NCBI GenBank assembly: GCA_050916045.1
Contig: CP051526.1
Span: 3,712,001-3,776,000 of the forward strand
DNA length: 64,000 bases
Reading direction: 5' to 3'
DNA from: Tepidisphaera sp.
GTDB taxonomy: Bacteria; Planctomycetota; Phycisphaerae; Phycisphaerales; UBA1924
Below the pieces are notes generated by a model, which ran no database searches, was not told the DNA's origin, and saw only the letters and a list, made by a program, of their open reading frames with translations. A program made the translations under genes and the position numbers. The stretch's first letter is position 1, and each line of letters begins with the position of its first letter. This document shows positions 34,672 through 45,147 of the stretch, one piece after another.

Positions 34672-35490
34672 TCACGCCATGCGGAAGACGATCTCGCCGG
34701 TCGACGCCGCTCGCCCGCGGGCGGCCGACACCAGAGCAAGCCGCATCGGCTCGTTGCCCTGCAGGTTCACTTTGCGACGCACCAGAATCCCGTTGCTCTC
34801 AAACTCGTCCAGCTGCGCGGCGACCTTCCCGTCCTCATCCAGCACGACCAGACGGAGCGTGTGCCCCTCGGCCACCGACGTCTCGCAATAAAGCAGCGCC
34901 TGCGACCATTCCGGGCTCGTGTACACCGCGGCGCTCCCGCGCTGCGTCTCGCGGGCGGCGGCCATCAGATACCGGCCGACATCTTTGCCGAAGAGCTGCT
35001 CACGCATGAACTCCGCGCCGAAGGTGTCGACCATCTTCGCTGTCTCGAGATTCTCGCGGGTCGCACTCTCAAGCCTCGCGCCCGTCAGTCGGACGTGGAT
35101 CAGCGCCGCGCCCATCACCAGAGCAGCCGTCGCGAACCCGATCGCGCTCGCACGCCACACGCGGTGCACGCCGGCGGCTCGCATCATCGGAAGGGGCCGG
35201 GCCCGATCCGAAGCGTCGTGCGTCCGGGCGACGACGCCCTGAGCTTCCGACGCGGCTTGCACCTGCGCCATCCGCACCGCTTCACGCACCTTGGGCCACA
35301 GCGATTCCGGCAGGTCGACCTGCGGGAGGAGGGCGTCGACCCGGCAAAGGCGGGCCTGCTCCTGGCGGATCTGCGCCTGGAGCGCGGCCGGAGCCGCGTG
35401 GAACGCACGCTCGAACGCTTCGCGGTCCTGCTCATCGAGCAGGCCGAGCGAATCGAGTTGGGCGCTTTCGAGAAGTTCCTGGATCGTCAT
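34672..35490 (-). CDS. Anti-sigma factor (RskA-like)
   Basis: LGLLDEQDREAFE N-terminus, one TM, ATGA-coupled to the ECF sigma gene. Confidence 0.75.
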   Translation of the reverse strand: MTIQELLESAQLDSLGLLDEQDREAFERAFHAAPAALQAQIRQEQARLCRVDALLPQVDLPESLWPKVREAVRMAQVQAASEAQGVVARTHDASDRARPLPMMRAAGVHRVWRASAIGFATAALVMGAALIHVRLTGARLESATRENLETAKMVDTFGAEFMREQLFGKDVGRYLMAAARETQRGSAAVYTSPEWSQALLYCETSVAEGHTLRLVVLDEDGKVAAQLDEFESNGILVRRKVNLQGNEPMRLALVSAARGRAASTGEIVFRMA

Positions 35491-36062
35491 GTGGTCATTT
35501 CCTCGCTCGTTCGTTCACGGAGCCTCGTCAGTGCACGACTGAGCGCCGACTTGATGGTCCCCAATGGAGTGTTCAACTCTTCCCCGATCTGCCGGAGGGT
35601 CTGCCCTCCGAGATAAGCCCTTGTCACTACCGTCCGCTGCAATTCCGGGAGCGACTCGATCTTCTTGAGCATCGCGGTCAGCCGCTCCTCACGCTCCGCC
35701 GAGGTCGGCCCCGGCTTGAGCTCCGCCATCGAAACGCCCTGCGCCTCATCAAGAGACGAAGGCCTGATCCTCGCCCGCGTCCGCCGCATCCGATCGACCA
35801 ACTGCCGACGCGCGATCAGGATCACCCAGGTCACCAGCGCTGCCCGCTTGGGGTCGTATCGGTCGGCCGTCCGCCAAAGCCGCACGAAGATCTCCTGAAC
35901 GGCATCCTCGGCATCCCCGCGCGCCGGAACTGCTTGGAAAGCCATCCGGTACACCAGCGACCCGAACCGCTCATAGAGCAGGGCAAGACCGGCCTCGCTG
36001 TTGGCGGCCACTTGCCGCATCAACTCGAGGTCCTTCACGCCCTGTTCTTCACGCTGCGTCAT
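35487..36062 (-). CDS. ECF RNA polymerase sigma factor
   Basis: DAEDAVQEIFVRLW, LPELQR, IGEELNTPLGTIKS. Confidence 0.92.
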   Translation of the reverse strand: MTQREEQGVKDLELMRQVAANSEAGLALLYERFGSLVYRMAFQAVPARGDAEDAVQEIFVRLWRTADRYDPKRAALVTWVILIARRQLVDRMRRTRARIRPSSLDEAQGVSMAELKPGPTSAEREERLTAMLKKIESLPELQRTVVTRAYLGGQTLRQIGEELNTPLGTIKSALSRALTRLRERTSEEMTT

Positions 36063-36416
36063 CGAACTTCCCCGACTCGGTCCACGCGTGCTTCGTGGCT
36101 TTTCCGGGTGGTGCGGCCCCGTGGCCTGGTTTCAACCCTCCTGCGGCGGCTCGAACGAGCTTCCGCGTAGCGTACCCAACTTCCCTCTCCGAGGCTTCAT
36201 TCCCCGGCCTGCACATCGATTCGCACGCCGCGGCCGCGGGTTGCTGACAAGACGACAAACCGACAAGTTTTTCACCCCGTTGATCGTATTTCGTTACCCT
36301 ATCACAAGGCAAACCGCTCGATTCCGTGCGGGCCTCGTCAAGATTTGGTTGCATTGAAACCACGTTTCCTGTACCCTTTGGGCGGCCTTTGACGATCCAA
36401 GGTTGTGGAGGTCCTC

Positions 36417-37178
36417 GTGGTGACCGAGAACAGACATCGCACGCATCGTGGGACGGGGGTCCCGCGCAGCAGAGCGTTCACGCTCGTCGACGTGATCGTT
36501 TCGATCACGGTGATCGGCGTGCTGATCGGAATTCTGCTTCCAAGCCTCGCGTCGGTCCACGAAACCGCCCGCCGCACGGTGTGCACGTCCAACCTTCGCC
36601 AAGTCGGCTTGGGTGTCGCTTCCTTCGCCGATCAGAACGGCGGCCGGGTTCCCACCAGCGTCTTCAAGCAGGGCGCGCAGCAGAACTCCCAGGAGATGAT
36701 GATCCTCCGCCTGTCGGCAAGCCATCCGGCCTCCCGATCCAAAGCGACGTGGGACGGCCTGGGCATTCTCCACGAGGGTGAGTATCTTCGCGGCCCCAAG
36801 GTCTACTACTGCCCTTCTCACCACGGCGACAACCATTTCCGCGAGTTCGCTCAGGAATGGGGAATCGACGCGCAGACGGAACTGGTCGGCAACTATCAGT
36901 ACCGGGGCTCGGGCCGCGACGGCGTTCGTGACCTGTACCGCATCACCCCGTCTCGCACCGCGCTGGTTTCCGACGGCATGCGGACGCTCAGTGATTTCAA
37001 CCACATGGTGGGCGCGAACATCCTCCGCGCCGACCTCTCGACCGGTTGGGTCGACGACCGCGTCGGCTTGGGCGTCACTTCCCTGTACTCGATGGCCGCG
37101 AGCGAGGACGATCCCATCTCCTCGGGTCAGATGGATGAAGCATGGCGTCGCCTCGACGAAGCCGATGCCCACCGCTGA
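36417..37178 (+). CDS. Prepilin-type N-terminal cleavage protein (DUF1559-like)
   Basis: RAFTLVDVIV..LLPSL..ARR..C.SNLRQ, YYCPS; GGAGGT RBS. Confidence 0.85.
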   Translation: MVTENRHRTHRGTGVPRSRAFTLVDVIVSITVIGVLIGILLPSLASVHETARRTVCTSNLRQVGLGVASFADQNGGRVPTSVFKQGAQQNSQEMMILRLSASHPASRSKATWDGLGILHEGEYLRGPKVYYCPSHHGDNHFREFAQEWGIDAQTELVGNYQYRGSGRDGVRDLYRITPSRTALVSDGMRTLSDFNHMVGANILRADLSTGWVDDRVGLGVTSLYSMAASEDDPISSGQMDEAWRRLDEADAHR

Positions 37179-37310
37179 TCGAGTGACCGCCGTCCGTTAC
37201 GGCTGATCCCCCACCGCCAATCTTCCACGACACGGGCGATGCCCCGCGATACCGAGCAGCTTCGCGCCTTGTCGCGACCGGGCGGAAAGCTCGCGGGCTA
37301 TTCTTCGTTC

Positions 37311-38345
37311 ATGAACACCAACACTTCGGCCCGTCCGATCTCCGCGCGTCTGGTCTGGCTCTCTGCGGGGCTGTCGCTCTGCCTCTCGGGCATGGCGTTC
37401 GCGCAGCTCACCCCCGATCGCCTGTACTACGGCATCAACCGCGAGGTGCCGATGACGATCAAGGTGCCCGAGGGCAAGAAGGGCGAAGTGTCGGTCAAGC
37501 TTCTTGAAGCGGGCACCGCTAAGGAAATCGCTTCGGCGTCGGCCGCCGCGGGCGCAGTCAACCTCGCCACGCTCTTCCCGCAGATGTGGACCGACAGCAA
37601 GCCGGCGGTCGTCTACGCCCAGCTCGTCGTCGGCGAGGAGAAGATCGGTCCTGCCGTCGTGATCCAACCACTCCTCACGCCGGCATCCGCACGACCCGGG
37701 CAGGGCGGAAAGTTCCAGTTCTTGGAGTCACCCCGTCCGATCTTCAGCGGCGTGCGCGCCTATGTCCATCAGAATGTCAAGATCGAAACCTCATTGGGCG
37801 ATCTCACCATTGAACTCCGCCCCGACGTGGCTCCCAACAACGCGTGGAATTTCCGCGAACTGGCCAAAGGCGGGTTCTACACCGACATTGCCATCCACCG
37901 CATCGCGAACGACAACGGGGTGGGACAGCCCTTTGTGATCCAGGCGGGCGACCCCAACGGGAACGGACTGGGCGGGCCCGGGTACAACGTCGCCCTCGAA
38001 AAAAGCACGGCACTCCCCCACGACTTCGGCGTCGTCTCGATGGCACGCTCACCGCAGGGCCCCGACACCGCGGGTTCACAGTTCTTCGTGTGTCTGAGCC
38101 GCGAAGGGACCAGTTTCCTCGACGGGGGCTACACCACGTTCGGCCAGACCATCGAGGGGACCGACACCATCACCAAGTTGGCGAGCGTCGAGACGGTCGT
38201 CGTCAACGGCAAGGCATCGGACCGCCCGGTCAATCCGCCCAAGATCAAGAGCGTCAAGCTCGTCGACGCGGCGCCGTACGGGACCGGACCCAAGCCCGTC
38301 ACCCGCCCCGGCGCGGATGCGGGTGCCGCGGACAAAGCCCGCTGA
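37311..38345 (+). CDS. Cyclophilin-type peptidylprolyl isomerase, secreted
   Basis: FVIQAGDP.G.G.GGPG, SMARS..PDTAGSQFF, YTTFG. Confidence 0.92.
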   Translation: MNTNTSARPISARLVWLSAGLSLCLSGMAFAQLTPDRLYYGINREVPMTIKVPEGKKGEVSVKLLEAGTAKEIASASAAAGAVNLATLFPQMWTDSKPAVVYAQLVVGEEKIGPAVVIQPLLTPASARPGQGGKFQFLESPRPIFSGVRAYVHQNVKIETSLGDLTIELRPDVAPNNAWNFRELAKGGFYTDIAIHRIANDNGVGQPFVIQAGDPNGNGLGGPGYNVALEKSTALPHDFGVVSMARSPQGPDTAGSQFFVCLSREGTSFLDGGYTTFGQTIEGTDTITKLASVETVVVNGKASDRPVNPPKIKSVKLVDAAPYGTGPKPVTRPGADAGAADKAR

Positions 38346-38371
38346 TCAGCCGATGCACGCTGACGAGCCGC

Positions 38372-38405
38372 GTCGGGCTCTGAACTGAGTCGGGCTCTGA
38401 ACTGA
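38372..38405 (+). repeat. 17-bp perfect tandem duplication
   Basis: GTCGGGCTCTGAACTGA x2. Confidence 0.9.
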
Positions 38406-38449
38406 AAAATGATCGCGGCCCCGCACAAGTGCGGGGCCGCGGTGTTTTT
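38405..38449. terminator. Bidirectional intrinsic terminator
   Basis: CGCGGCCCCGCAC-aa-GTGCGGGGCCGCG flanked by A and T tracts. Confidence 0.8.
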
Positions 38450-38466
38450 AGAGAGCGATCGCTGCT

Positions 38467-38982
38467 TTAGCGGCGGCGACGACCCATCGCCATGCCGGCC
38501 AGGCCGAGCATCGCGAGCGAAGCGGGAGCCGGAACGATGTTCAGGCCGCCGATCATCTTGTACTCGAACGACGTCGCGCCCTGGAAGCTCGTGACGCGCA
38601 CATAGAACGTGCCACCCGCGGTCGAGTTGTACTCGAGCGAGGAGAACAGGTTGATGTTGCTGTCGTCATCGAAGGCGATCAGGTTGCCGGCAGAGTCGAA
38701 CAGCTCGAGGAAGCTGTCCGCGGGCGGGTTGCTGTTCGGACGGCCGTAGATCGCGATCCGGATCTGGCTCGGGCCAGCCACGGAGAACGCGAACCAGTCC
38801 TGGTCGGTCGAAGGGGAGATGGCCCCGTCAACGACGAACGCATCGCCCGGGGGCGAATAGCTGCCAATGTCGTTGGCCGTGGCCAAGCTGTCATTGGATT
38901 CTTCTTCGATGTAGAAATCAGCGGAAGCGACACCGGCCAAGGCCGTGGCCCCGATGATTCCCACCACTAGAGACGAACGCAT
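38467..38982 (-). CDS. PPC-domain protein with PEP-CTERM-like sorting tail
   Basis: EEESND..DQDWF..DSFLELFD..DDD; VPAPASLAMLGLAG..RRRR. Confidence 0.85.
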   Translation of the reverse strand: MRSSLVVGIIGATALAGVASADFYIEEESNDSLATANDIGSYSPPGDAFVVDGAISPSTDQDWFAFSVAGPSQIRIAIYGRPNSNPPADSFLELFDSAGNLIAFDDDSNINLFSSLEYNSTAGGTFYVRVTSFQGATSFEYKMIGGLNIVPAPASLAMLGLAGMAMGRRRR

Positions 38983-39363
38983 CACAAACCTCCCTCTTGG
39001 TTGACAAACCCCTGAACAGGGCCATGGCAAAAACATCCGTTGCCACGGCTCGTCGTCAATGTGCATCAAGAACAGCCCCCCGACCACCCAAAGTCAGAAT
39101 TTCCCGTCACATCACGGTGATTCCACACTCGGAAATCCTGACGCCACCCTGACTTGTCCGTTTTCGGACGCTCAGCCCGTGAATCCGGTCAACCTGTGCC
39201 GCCCATGACGGACGGTCGCTCGGCCGAACGCCGCGCTTCGGCAAATCCGCTGGCCCCAAGCCGGTTCCGGATGCAAGGTGGTCGGACGGGGGCTGCCGCG
39301 ACGCGGCGGGCCTGCCATAGCACCAAAACACCCATAATGGGGATATATCAGGAGAGACCGGAA

Positions 39364-40086
39364 ATGAAGACGTTTGTGCTCGCGATGGCGGCGGCGGCGG
39401 GGCTTGCGGGAGCGGCCAACGCGGCCTTTTTCAGCTTCGCTTCGGATACCGCGAACCGTCAGTGGACGTTCAAGGGGTTGGGCAACACGGTGACGCAGGG
39501 CGACGTGAACGGGTCGGACATCGACCTCACTCTCAACAACGACAACGGCGGGGCGCAGGTCAACATCGCGACCAAGTTCTTCGCGAACTGGACGCTCACC
39601 CACGTCTCAAGCACGAACGTGGGGCCGTATGTCGCGCACAGCTACCGCGCGACGGGCATGTTCGAGTGGCGGGACGCGAGCACGGGCGCGATGGTGCTTC
39701 GCGGCGACTTCACGGACGCTCTATTCACGGCAACGGGCCGCGCGAACTCCTGGGACAGCACGGCGACGGTGATGGGTGCTGACAGCTACACGCAGTTCGG
39801 GTACACGAGCGGAATCAACGATCCGTCGGTGGGCATGGCGATCGGAGCGATGAGCGGCCCGCAGGACTTCGGGTTCACCCTCACGGTGATCAACACCTCC
39901 GGCGCGCTTCCGTACATCCCCAACAACGCGAACCGCGGTTCGACGCTCGGCGCGGATCTTCTTCCCAACCGCCAGTGGTGGTCGGAAGGGAGCTTCTCCG
40001 GTTCGGCGGTTCCGACGCCGGGCTCGGTCGCGCTGCTTGGCCTTGGCGGCGTGCTCTGTGCGAAGCGGAATCGCAAACAGGCTTGA
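39364..40086 (+). CDS. PEP-CTERM-like sorting domain protein
   Basis: Signal peptide; VPTPGSVALLGLGG..KRNRK; AGGAG RBS. Confidence 0.85.
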   Translation: MKTFVLAMAAAAGLAGAANAAFFSFASDTANRQWTFKGLGNTVTQGDVNGSDIDLTLNNDNGGAQVNIATKFFANWTLTHVSSTNVGPYVAHSYRATGMFEWRDASTGAMVLRGDFTDALFTATGRANSWDSTATVMGADSYTQFGYTSGINDPSVGMAIGAMSGPQDFGFTLTVINTSGALPYIPNNANRGSTLGADLLPNRQWWSEGSFSGSAVPTPGSVALLGLGGVLCAKRNRKQA

Positions 40087-40131
40087 TGACCACCTACGCC
40101 ACTCCTGACGCGTGACAGGATGGTTCTCCAG

Positions 40132-40172
40132 GCACCGCCCGCGTGACTATCGCGGGCGGTGCTTTCTCATTT
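40132..40172 (+). terminator. Intrinsic terminator
   Basis: GCACCGCCCGCG...CGCGGGCGGTGC followed by TTTCTCATTT. Confidence 0.7.
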
Positions 40173-40180
40173 CGGTCCGG

Positions 40181-41044
40181 TCAGTGGCCGGCGGATCCGC
40201 GGACGACGCCCGCGAGCTCGCAAGCCATGGTCTTCGCGGCGGCTTCGACCGCGGCGGTCCACCGCTCACCGTGTTCGGGCTTGGCGTAGATGATGGAGCG
40301 GCTTGCCGTGACGAGGACGCCGCGTCCGTCGGGGCGGAGCAGAGCCCGGATGTCCTCGGGTTTGCCGCCCTGAGCGCCGTACCCGGGGACGAGGAAGACC
40401 TGATTGGGCATGACGGCTCGCAACGCTTGGCCGTCGGCGCTTTTGGTTGCGCCGACGACAGCTCCGACGCTGCTGAGTCCGCACGCGCCGACGTGTGCTT
40501 CGCCGAGCGAGTGCACCATCGCGCCCATGGCTTCGGCGACCGAGCGGCCGTCGGCGAGTCGCTGCGACTGAACGGCGTCGCTGTCGGGATTGCTGGTGCG
40601 GACGAGGATGAAGACTCCGAGCCCGGCCTGGAGATAGGGCTCGATCGTGCTGGGCCCGAGGTATCCGTTGAGGGTGACGGCGTGAGCGCCGATCGCGGCG
40701 GCGGACGCGGCGTAGTGGGTTGCGGAGATGCCGATATCGCCGCGTTTGCCGTCGAGCACAACGAGCAGCCCCGCATCGCGGGCGTAGCGGCACGCGTGTT
40801 CGAGAGCGGAGTAGCCGGCGGAGCCGTACCGCTCGTAGCACGCGGACTGCGGCTTGATGGCGGCGGCATGCTGCTTGACGGCGTCGATGACATCGAGGCT
40901 GAAGCGCCTTATGCCGGCGGGGGCGTCCTGTTCGCTTTTGCAAGCTTCGGGGAGGGATTCAAAGACGGGGTCGAGTCCGACGCAGATGGGTGAACCGACG
41001 CGATGGATCGCTTGATCGAGGAGGTCGACGAACGCTTGGGCCAT
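40181..41044 (-). CDS. pyrF: Orotidine-5'-phosphate decarboxylase
   Basis: CVGLDP, KPQSA, DGKRGDIG, RTSNP, VVGAT, PGYGAQGG, SRSIIYA. Confidence 0.95.
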   Translation of the reverse strand: MAQAFVDLLDQAIHRVGSPICVGLDPVFESLPEACKSEQDAPAGIRRFSLDVIDAVKQHAAAIKPQSACYERYGSAGYSALEHACRYARDAGLLVVLDGKRGDIGISATHYAASAAAIGAHAVTLNGYLGPSTIEPYLQAGLGVFILVRTSNPDSDAVQSQRLADGRSVAEAMGAMVHSLGEAHVGACGLSSVGAVVGATKSADGQALRAVMPNQVFLVPGYGAQGGKPEDIRALLRPDGRGVLVTASRSIIYAKPEHGERWTAAVEAAAKTMACELAGVVRGSAGH

Positions 41045-41106
41045 GGCACTTGCTCCTTCGCGAGGGGATTCGCGGCGGGTCCGCCGGATGCCAACAATAT
41101 CCCTTG

Positions 41107-41448
41107 ATGAACGGCTTCCCACCAGCCCAACTCGACCTGAAGAAGGACCGCGGGCTCACGGTGGAGTGGGCGGACGGGAAAACGTCGTACTACTCGATCG
41201 GGTACCTGCGGAAGATGTCGCCCTCGGCGGACATGCGGCAGCTTCGCGAGGAAATGGCGAAAAACCCGCTGACGGTGCTTCCGAGCAAAGCCAGCTCGGC
41301 GGGCCCGCTGACGGTGGTTTCGGCGGAGCTTGTCGGAAACTACGCTCTCAAGATCACCTTCTCCGACGGGCACGACACGGGCATTTACTCGTGGCAGTAC
41401 CTGCGGGAGATCGACCCGGAAGCGCCCAAACGCACCGGCGGAGCGTAA
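41107..41448 (+). CDS. DUF971 (GBBH-like N-terminal) protein
   Basis: LR..SPSA, VGNYA..F.DGH.TGIYSW.YL. Confidence 0.88.
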   Translation: MNGFPPAQLDLKKDRGLTVEWADGKTSYYSIGYLRKMSPSADMRQLREEMAKNPLTVLPSKASSAGPLTVVSAELVGNYALKITFSDGHDTGIYSWQYLREIDPEAPKRTGGA

Positions 41449-41452
41449 AGCC

Positions 41453-42049
41453 TCACGGCTTGGCGGACCGGGGAGGCGCCGAGCCGATCGTGCGAGCCAG
41501 GAGCGAAGCCCACGCCGCGCTGGACACATCGTCGCGACCCGCTCGGAACGAACCGGCCATCTCGCTTGGCCCGAGCTTGTCCTCGAACCCGGGCGTGGAA
41601 TGCGTCAGACGGAGGGTTGCGCCGCGGAACCGGCCGCCGTTGGTCTTGTCGCCAAGATCGCGAGCGGGGGTGAAGAACCCGCCGCCGGAGTACACGCCGA
41701 ACTGGCCGTTGGCGAAGACGGCTTGCCGAACGGTGAAGCTGCAGGCTTCATCGGCGATGGGAGTCTCGCCCGGGCGCGGGCTGAGGAAGAGGTGAACGTG
41801 GACGAGGGTGCCAGAGAGCTTGGAGAGGTCCGCACCGGGCTCGGCGGCGGAAGCGGGGAGGTCGGTGAGGTAGAAGTCGGCGGTGTTGCGGTCCGTCGCG
41901 GAAAAAACGCGGGTCCCGGCTTCGGTGCGGAGCACGCTTCCCGAACGCATGGAGACGGTGTCGAGGGAGTTGGAGACACGGGAACAGCCGACAAGAATGG
42001 CGAGGGAAGCGGCGAAGGAAGCGGCAAGGACGAGGCGGAGGTGGTTCAC
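41453..42049 (-). CDS. Hypothetical lipoprotein
   Basis: GTG start 6 nt after TATCAT; lipobox LVGC. Confidence 0.7.
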   Translation of the reverse strand: MNHLRLVLAASFAASLAILVGCSRVSNSLDTVSMRSGSVLRTEAGTRVFSATDRNTADFYLTDLPASAAEPGADLSKLSGTLVHVHLFLSPRPGETPIADEACSFTVRQAVFANGQFGVYSGGGFFTPARDLGDKTNGGRFRGATLRLTHSTPGFEDKLGPSEMAGSFRAGRDDVSSAAWASLLARTIGSAPPRSAKP

Positions 42050-42077
42050 GCGGTGATGATACACGGGCAATCCTTCC

Positions 42078-42254
42078 GAGCCCGAAGCGCGAGCGAGGGG
42101 GAGGCGGGGAGCGGCGAGCGGCGAGCGGCGAGCGGCGAGGATCGAACAAACCGCAGCGTGCATCTTCGTCGCGAGGGACGCCGTGTCGTGACGAATGCGC
42201 ACAGAGACAATCGGGCGCGTCGTTCCGCTTCTCCCTTGCTTGCGCTGCGGGCTC
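42078..42254. repeat. REP/MITE-like element: 22-bp imperfect inverted repeats enclosing a GCGGCGA heptamer tract
   Basis: GAGCCCGAAGCGCGAGCGAGGG (42078-42099) versus CCCTTGCTTGCGCTGCGGGCTC (42233-42254); (GCGGCGA)x4 at 42111-42138. Confidence 0.7.
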
Positions 42255-42267
42255 TGAAAGAAACTGA

Positions 42268-43695
42268 TTACCGCGCCATCGCGCCGACGCTGATCTTGAC
42301 CGGGACGAAGGTCGGCTTGACCTTGGCTTCGAACTCGGCCCGGTACTTGTTCATGATCGTCCGGATGGCCCAGTTGTTGCCGTCGGCCAAGCCGCAGATC
42401 GTGGTGCCGGGCATGCTGCCCATGCTGGTCGCGATCTCGAGCGCGAGGTCCAGGTCCTTGGTCCGGCCTTGGCCATCTTCGATACGGCTCATCAGCTGGT
42501 AAAGCCAGCCGCTGCCCTCGCGGCAGGGGGTGCACTGGCCGCAGCTCTCGTGCTTGAAGAACCGGGCGATGTTGCGAGCGACCGCGACCATGTCGGTGTC
42601 TTCGTCGAAGACCGTGGGGCACGCGGTGCCGAGCCCGAGGACGTTGTTCTTGCGGCCGATGTCGAAATCCATCTCGGCGTCGTACTGGTCGGGCCCGAGG
42701 ACGCCCATCGAGATGCCGCCGGCGATCGCGCCCTTGAACTTTTTGCCGTTGCGGATGCCGTTGCAGAGCTTGGGGTCTTCGACGAGCTGGCGGAGGGTGA
42801 TGCCGAGCTCGAGTTCGTAGACGCCGGGGCGGTTGACGTGGCCGCTGACGCCCATGAGCTTGGTGCCGTGGCTGCCCATCTGGCCGGGGATGGTGGAGGC
42901 TTTGCCCTGCTTGAGGAACCAGTCGGCGCCGTTCTCGATGATGCTGGGGAGGTGGGCGAGGGTCTCGACGTTGTTGATGATGGTGGGCTTGCCGAAGAGA
43001 CCCTTGATGGCCGGGAATGGCGGCTTGATGCGAGGCCAGCCGCGCTTGCCTTCGAGCCCTTCGAGCAGAGCGGTCTCTTCGCCGCAGATGTACGCGCCCG
43101 CGCCGCGGTGCACGTAGCAGTCGACCTTCCATGAGCCGCCGCGAGCGGTCTGAGCTCCGCCGAGGAGGCCATTGCCGCCGAAAACGCCGTTCTTGTACGC
43201 TTCGGCGAGGGCTTGCTCGAGGACCTTGGCTTGGAGGTGGTACTCGCCGCGGATGAAGATGTAGGCTTTGCTGATGCGGCAGGCGTAGCAGGCGATGGCG
43301 ATGCCCTCGAGCATCAGGTGGGGGTCAAAATCCATCAGCAGGCGGTCTTTGAAGGTGCCGGGCTCGGACTCGTCGGCGTTGATGGCGAGGTAGCGCTGGC
43401 CGCCGTCCTCTTCCTGGCCGGCTTCGTTGACCTTGACCTTGGGAAGGAACGTCCATTTGAGGCCGCAGGGGAAGCCAGCGCCGCCGCGGCCGCGGAGGGT
43501 GGATTTCTTGACCTCGTCGGTGACCGCGTCGGGCTTCATCCCGAGGGCTTTGCGGAGGCCGACGTAGCCGCCGGTGTTGACGTATTCGTCGTAGGAAACG
43601 ACGTGGCGGCCTTTGGGATCCGCGTAGGGCCAGCAGGGGATCCGCTTGGTCAGAATCGGGCCGGAGAGGTTGGGATTGATGGGAGCAAAGGCCAT
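42268..43695 (-). CDS. nuoF: NADH-quinone oxidoreductase subunit F
   Basis: LRGRGGAGF, NADESEPGTFKDR, GAGAYICGEETAL, ESCGQCTPCREG, TICGL. Confidence 0.95.
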   Translation of the reverse strand: MAFAPINPNLSGPILTKRIPCWPYADPKGRHVVSYDEYVNTGGYVGLRKALGMKPDAVTDEVKKSTLRGRGGAGFPCGLKWTFLPKVKVNEAGQEEDGGQRYLAINADESEPGTFKDRLLMDFDPHLMLEGIAIACYACRISKAYIFIRGEYHLQAKVLEQALAEAYKNGVFGGNGLLGGAQTARGGSWKVDCYVHRGAGAYICGEETALLEGLEGKRGWPRIKPPFPAIKGLFGKPTIINNVETLAHLPSIIENGADWFLKQGKASTIPGQMGSHGTKLMGVSGHVNRPGVYELELGITLRQLVEDPKLCNGIRNGKKFKGAIAGGISMGVLGPDQYDAEMDFDIGRKNNVLGLGTACPTVFDEDTDMVAVARNIARFFKHESCGQCTPCREGSGWLYQLMSRIEDGQGRTKDLDLALEIATSMGSMPGTTICGLADGNNWAIRTIMNKYRAEFEAKVKPTFVPVKISVGAMAR

Positions 43696-43931
43696 AGGGT
43701 CGCAGTGTAGGAGGATTTTCGGGGAGTGGTGCGTGCTGGATTCGGCCCGGGCTCGGAACGCGTCGGGCGAGGATCGCCGGGCAAGGGCACGCGACCAGGT
43801 TTGGTCTTTGTTCTCCACCGGGTCGCGAAACCTCGAGGGTCGATGAATGCCACGAGTTGCGCTACCATCGCGGTCCCCGCCGCGCGGGGAATTTCTTGTA
43901 CCGCCCGCTTGGCACCAGAGGAACGAATCCG

Positions 43932-45131
<1,200 letters not shown>

Positions 45132-45147
45132 AGCCCGTCCAGAACGG

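Noticed and set aside
36300..36345. GGCAAACC suggesting a c-di-GMP-I riboswitch
   Set aside because: No GNRA-capped P2 or GCAAAG/P3 elements follow
39020..39050. Sigma-54 promoter between the divergent PEP-CTERM-like genes
   Set aside because: TGGC...TTGC spacing is too long for a -24/-12 promoter
42104..42138. Repeats as a possible CRISPR array
   Set aside because: Heptamer microsatellite without spacers; no cas genes and no array seen in the window
41453..43132. 559-aa ORF appearing to fuse the nuoF region with the downstream gene
   Set aside because: Only the last 198 codons look coding (GTG 42049, lipobox); the rest is an off-frame read-through of nuoF and the repeat element
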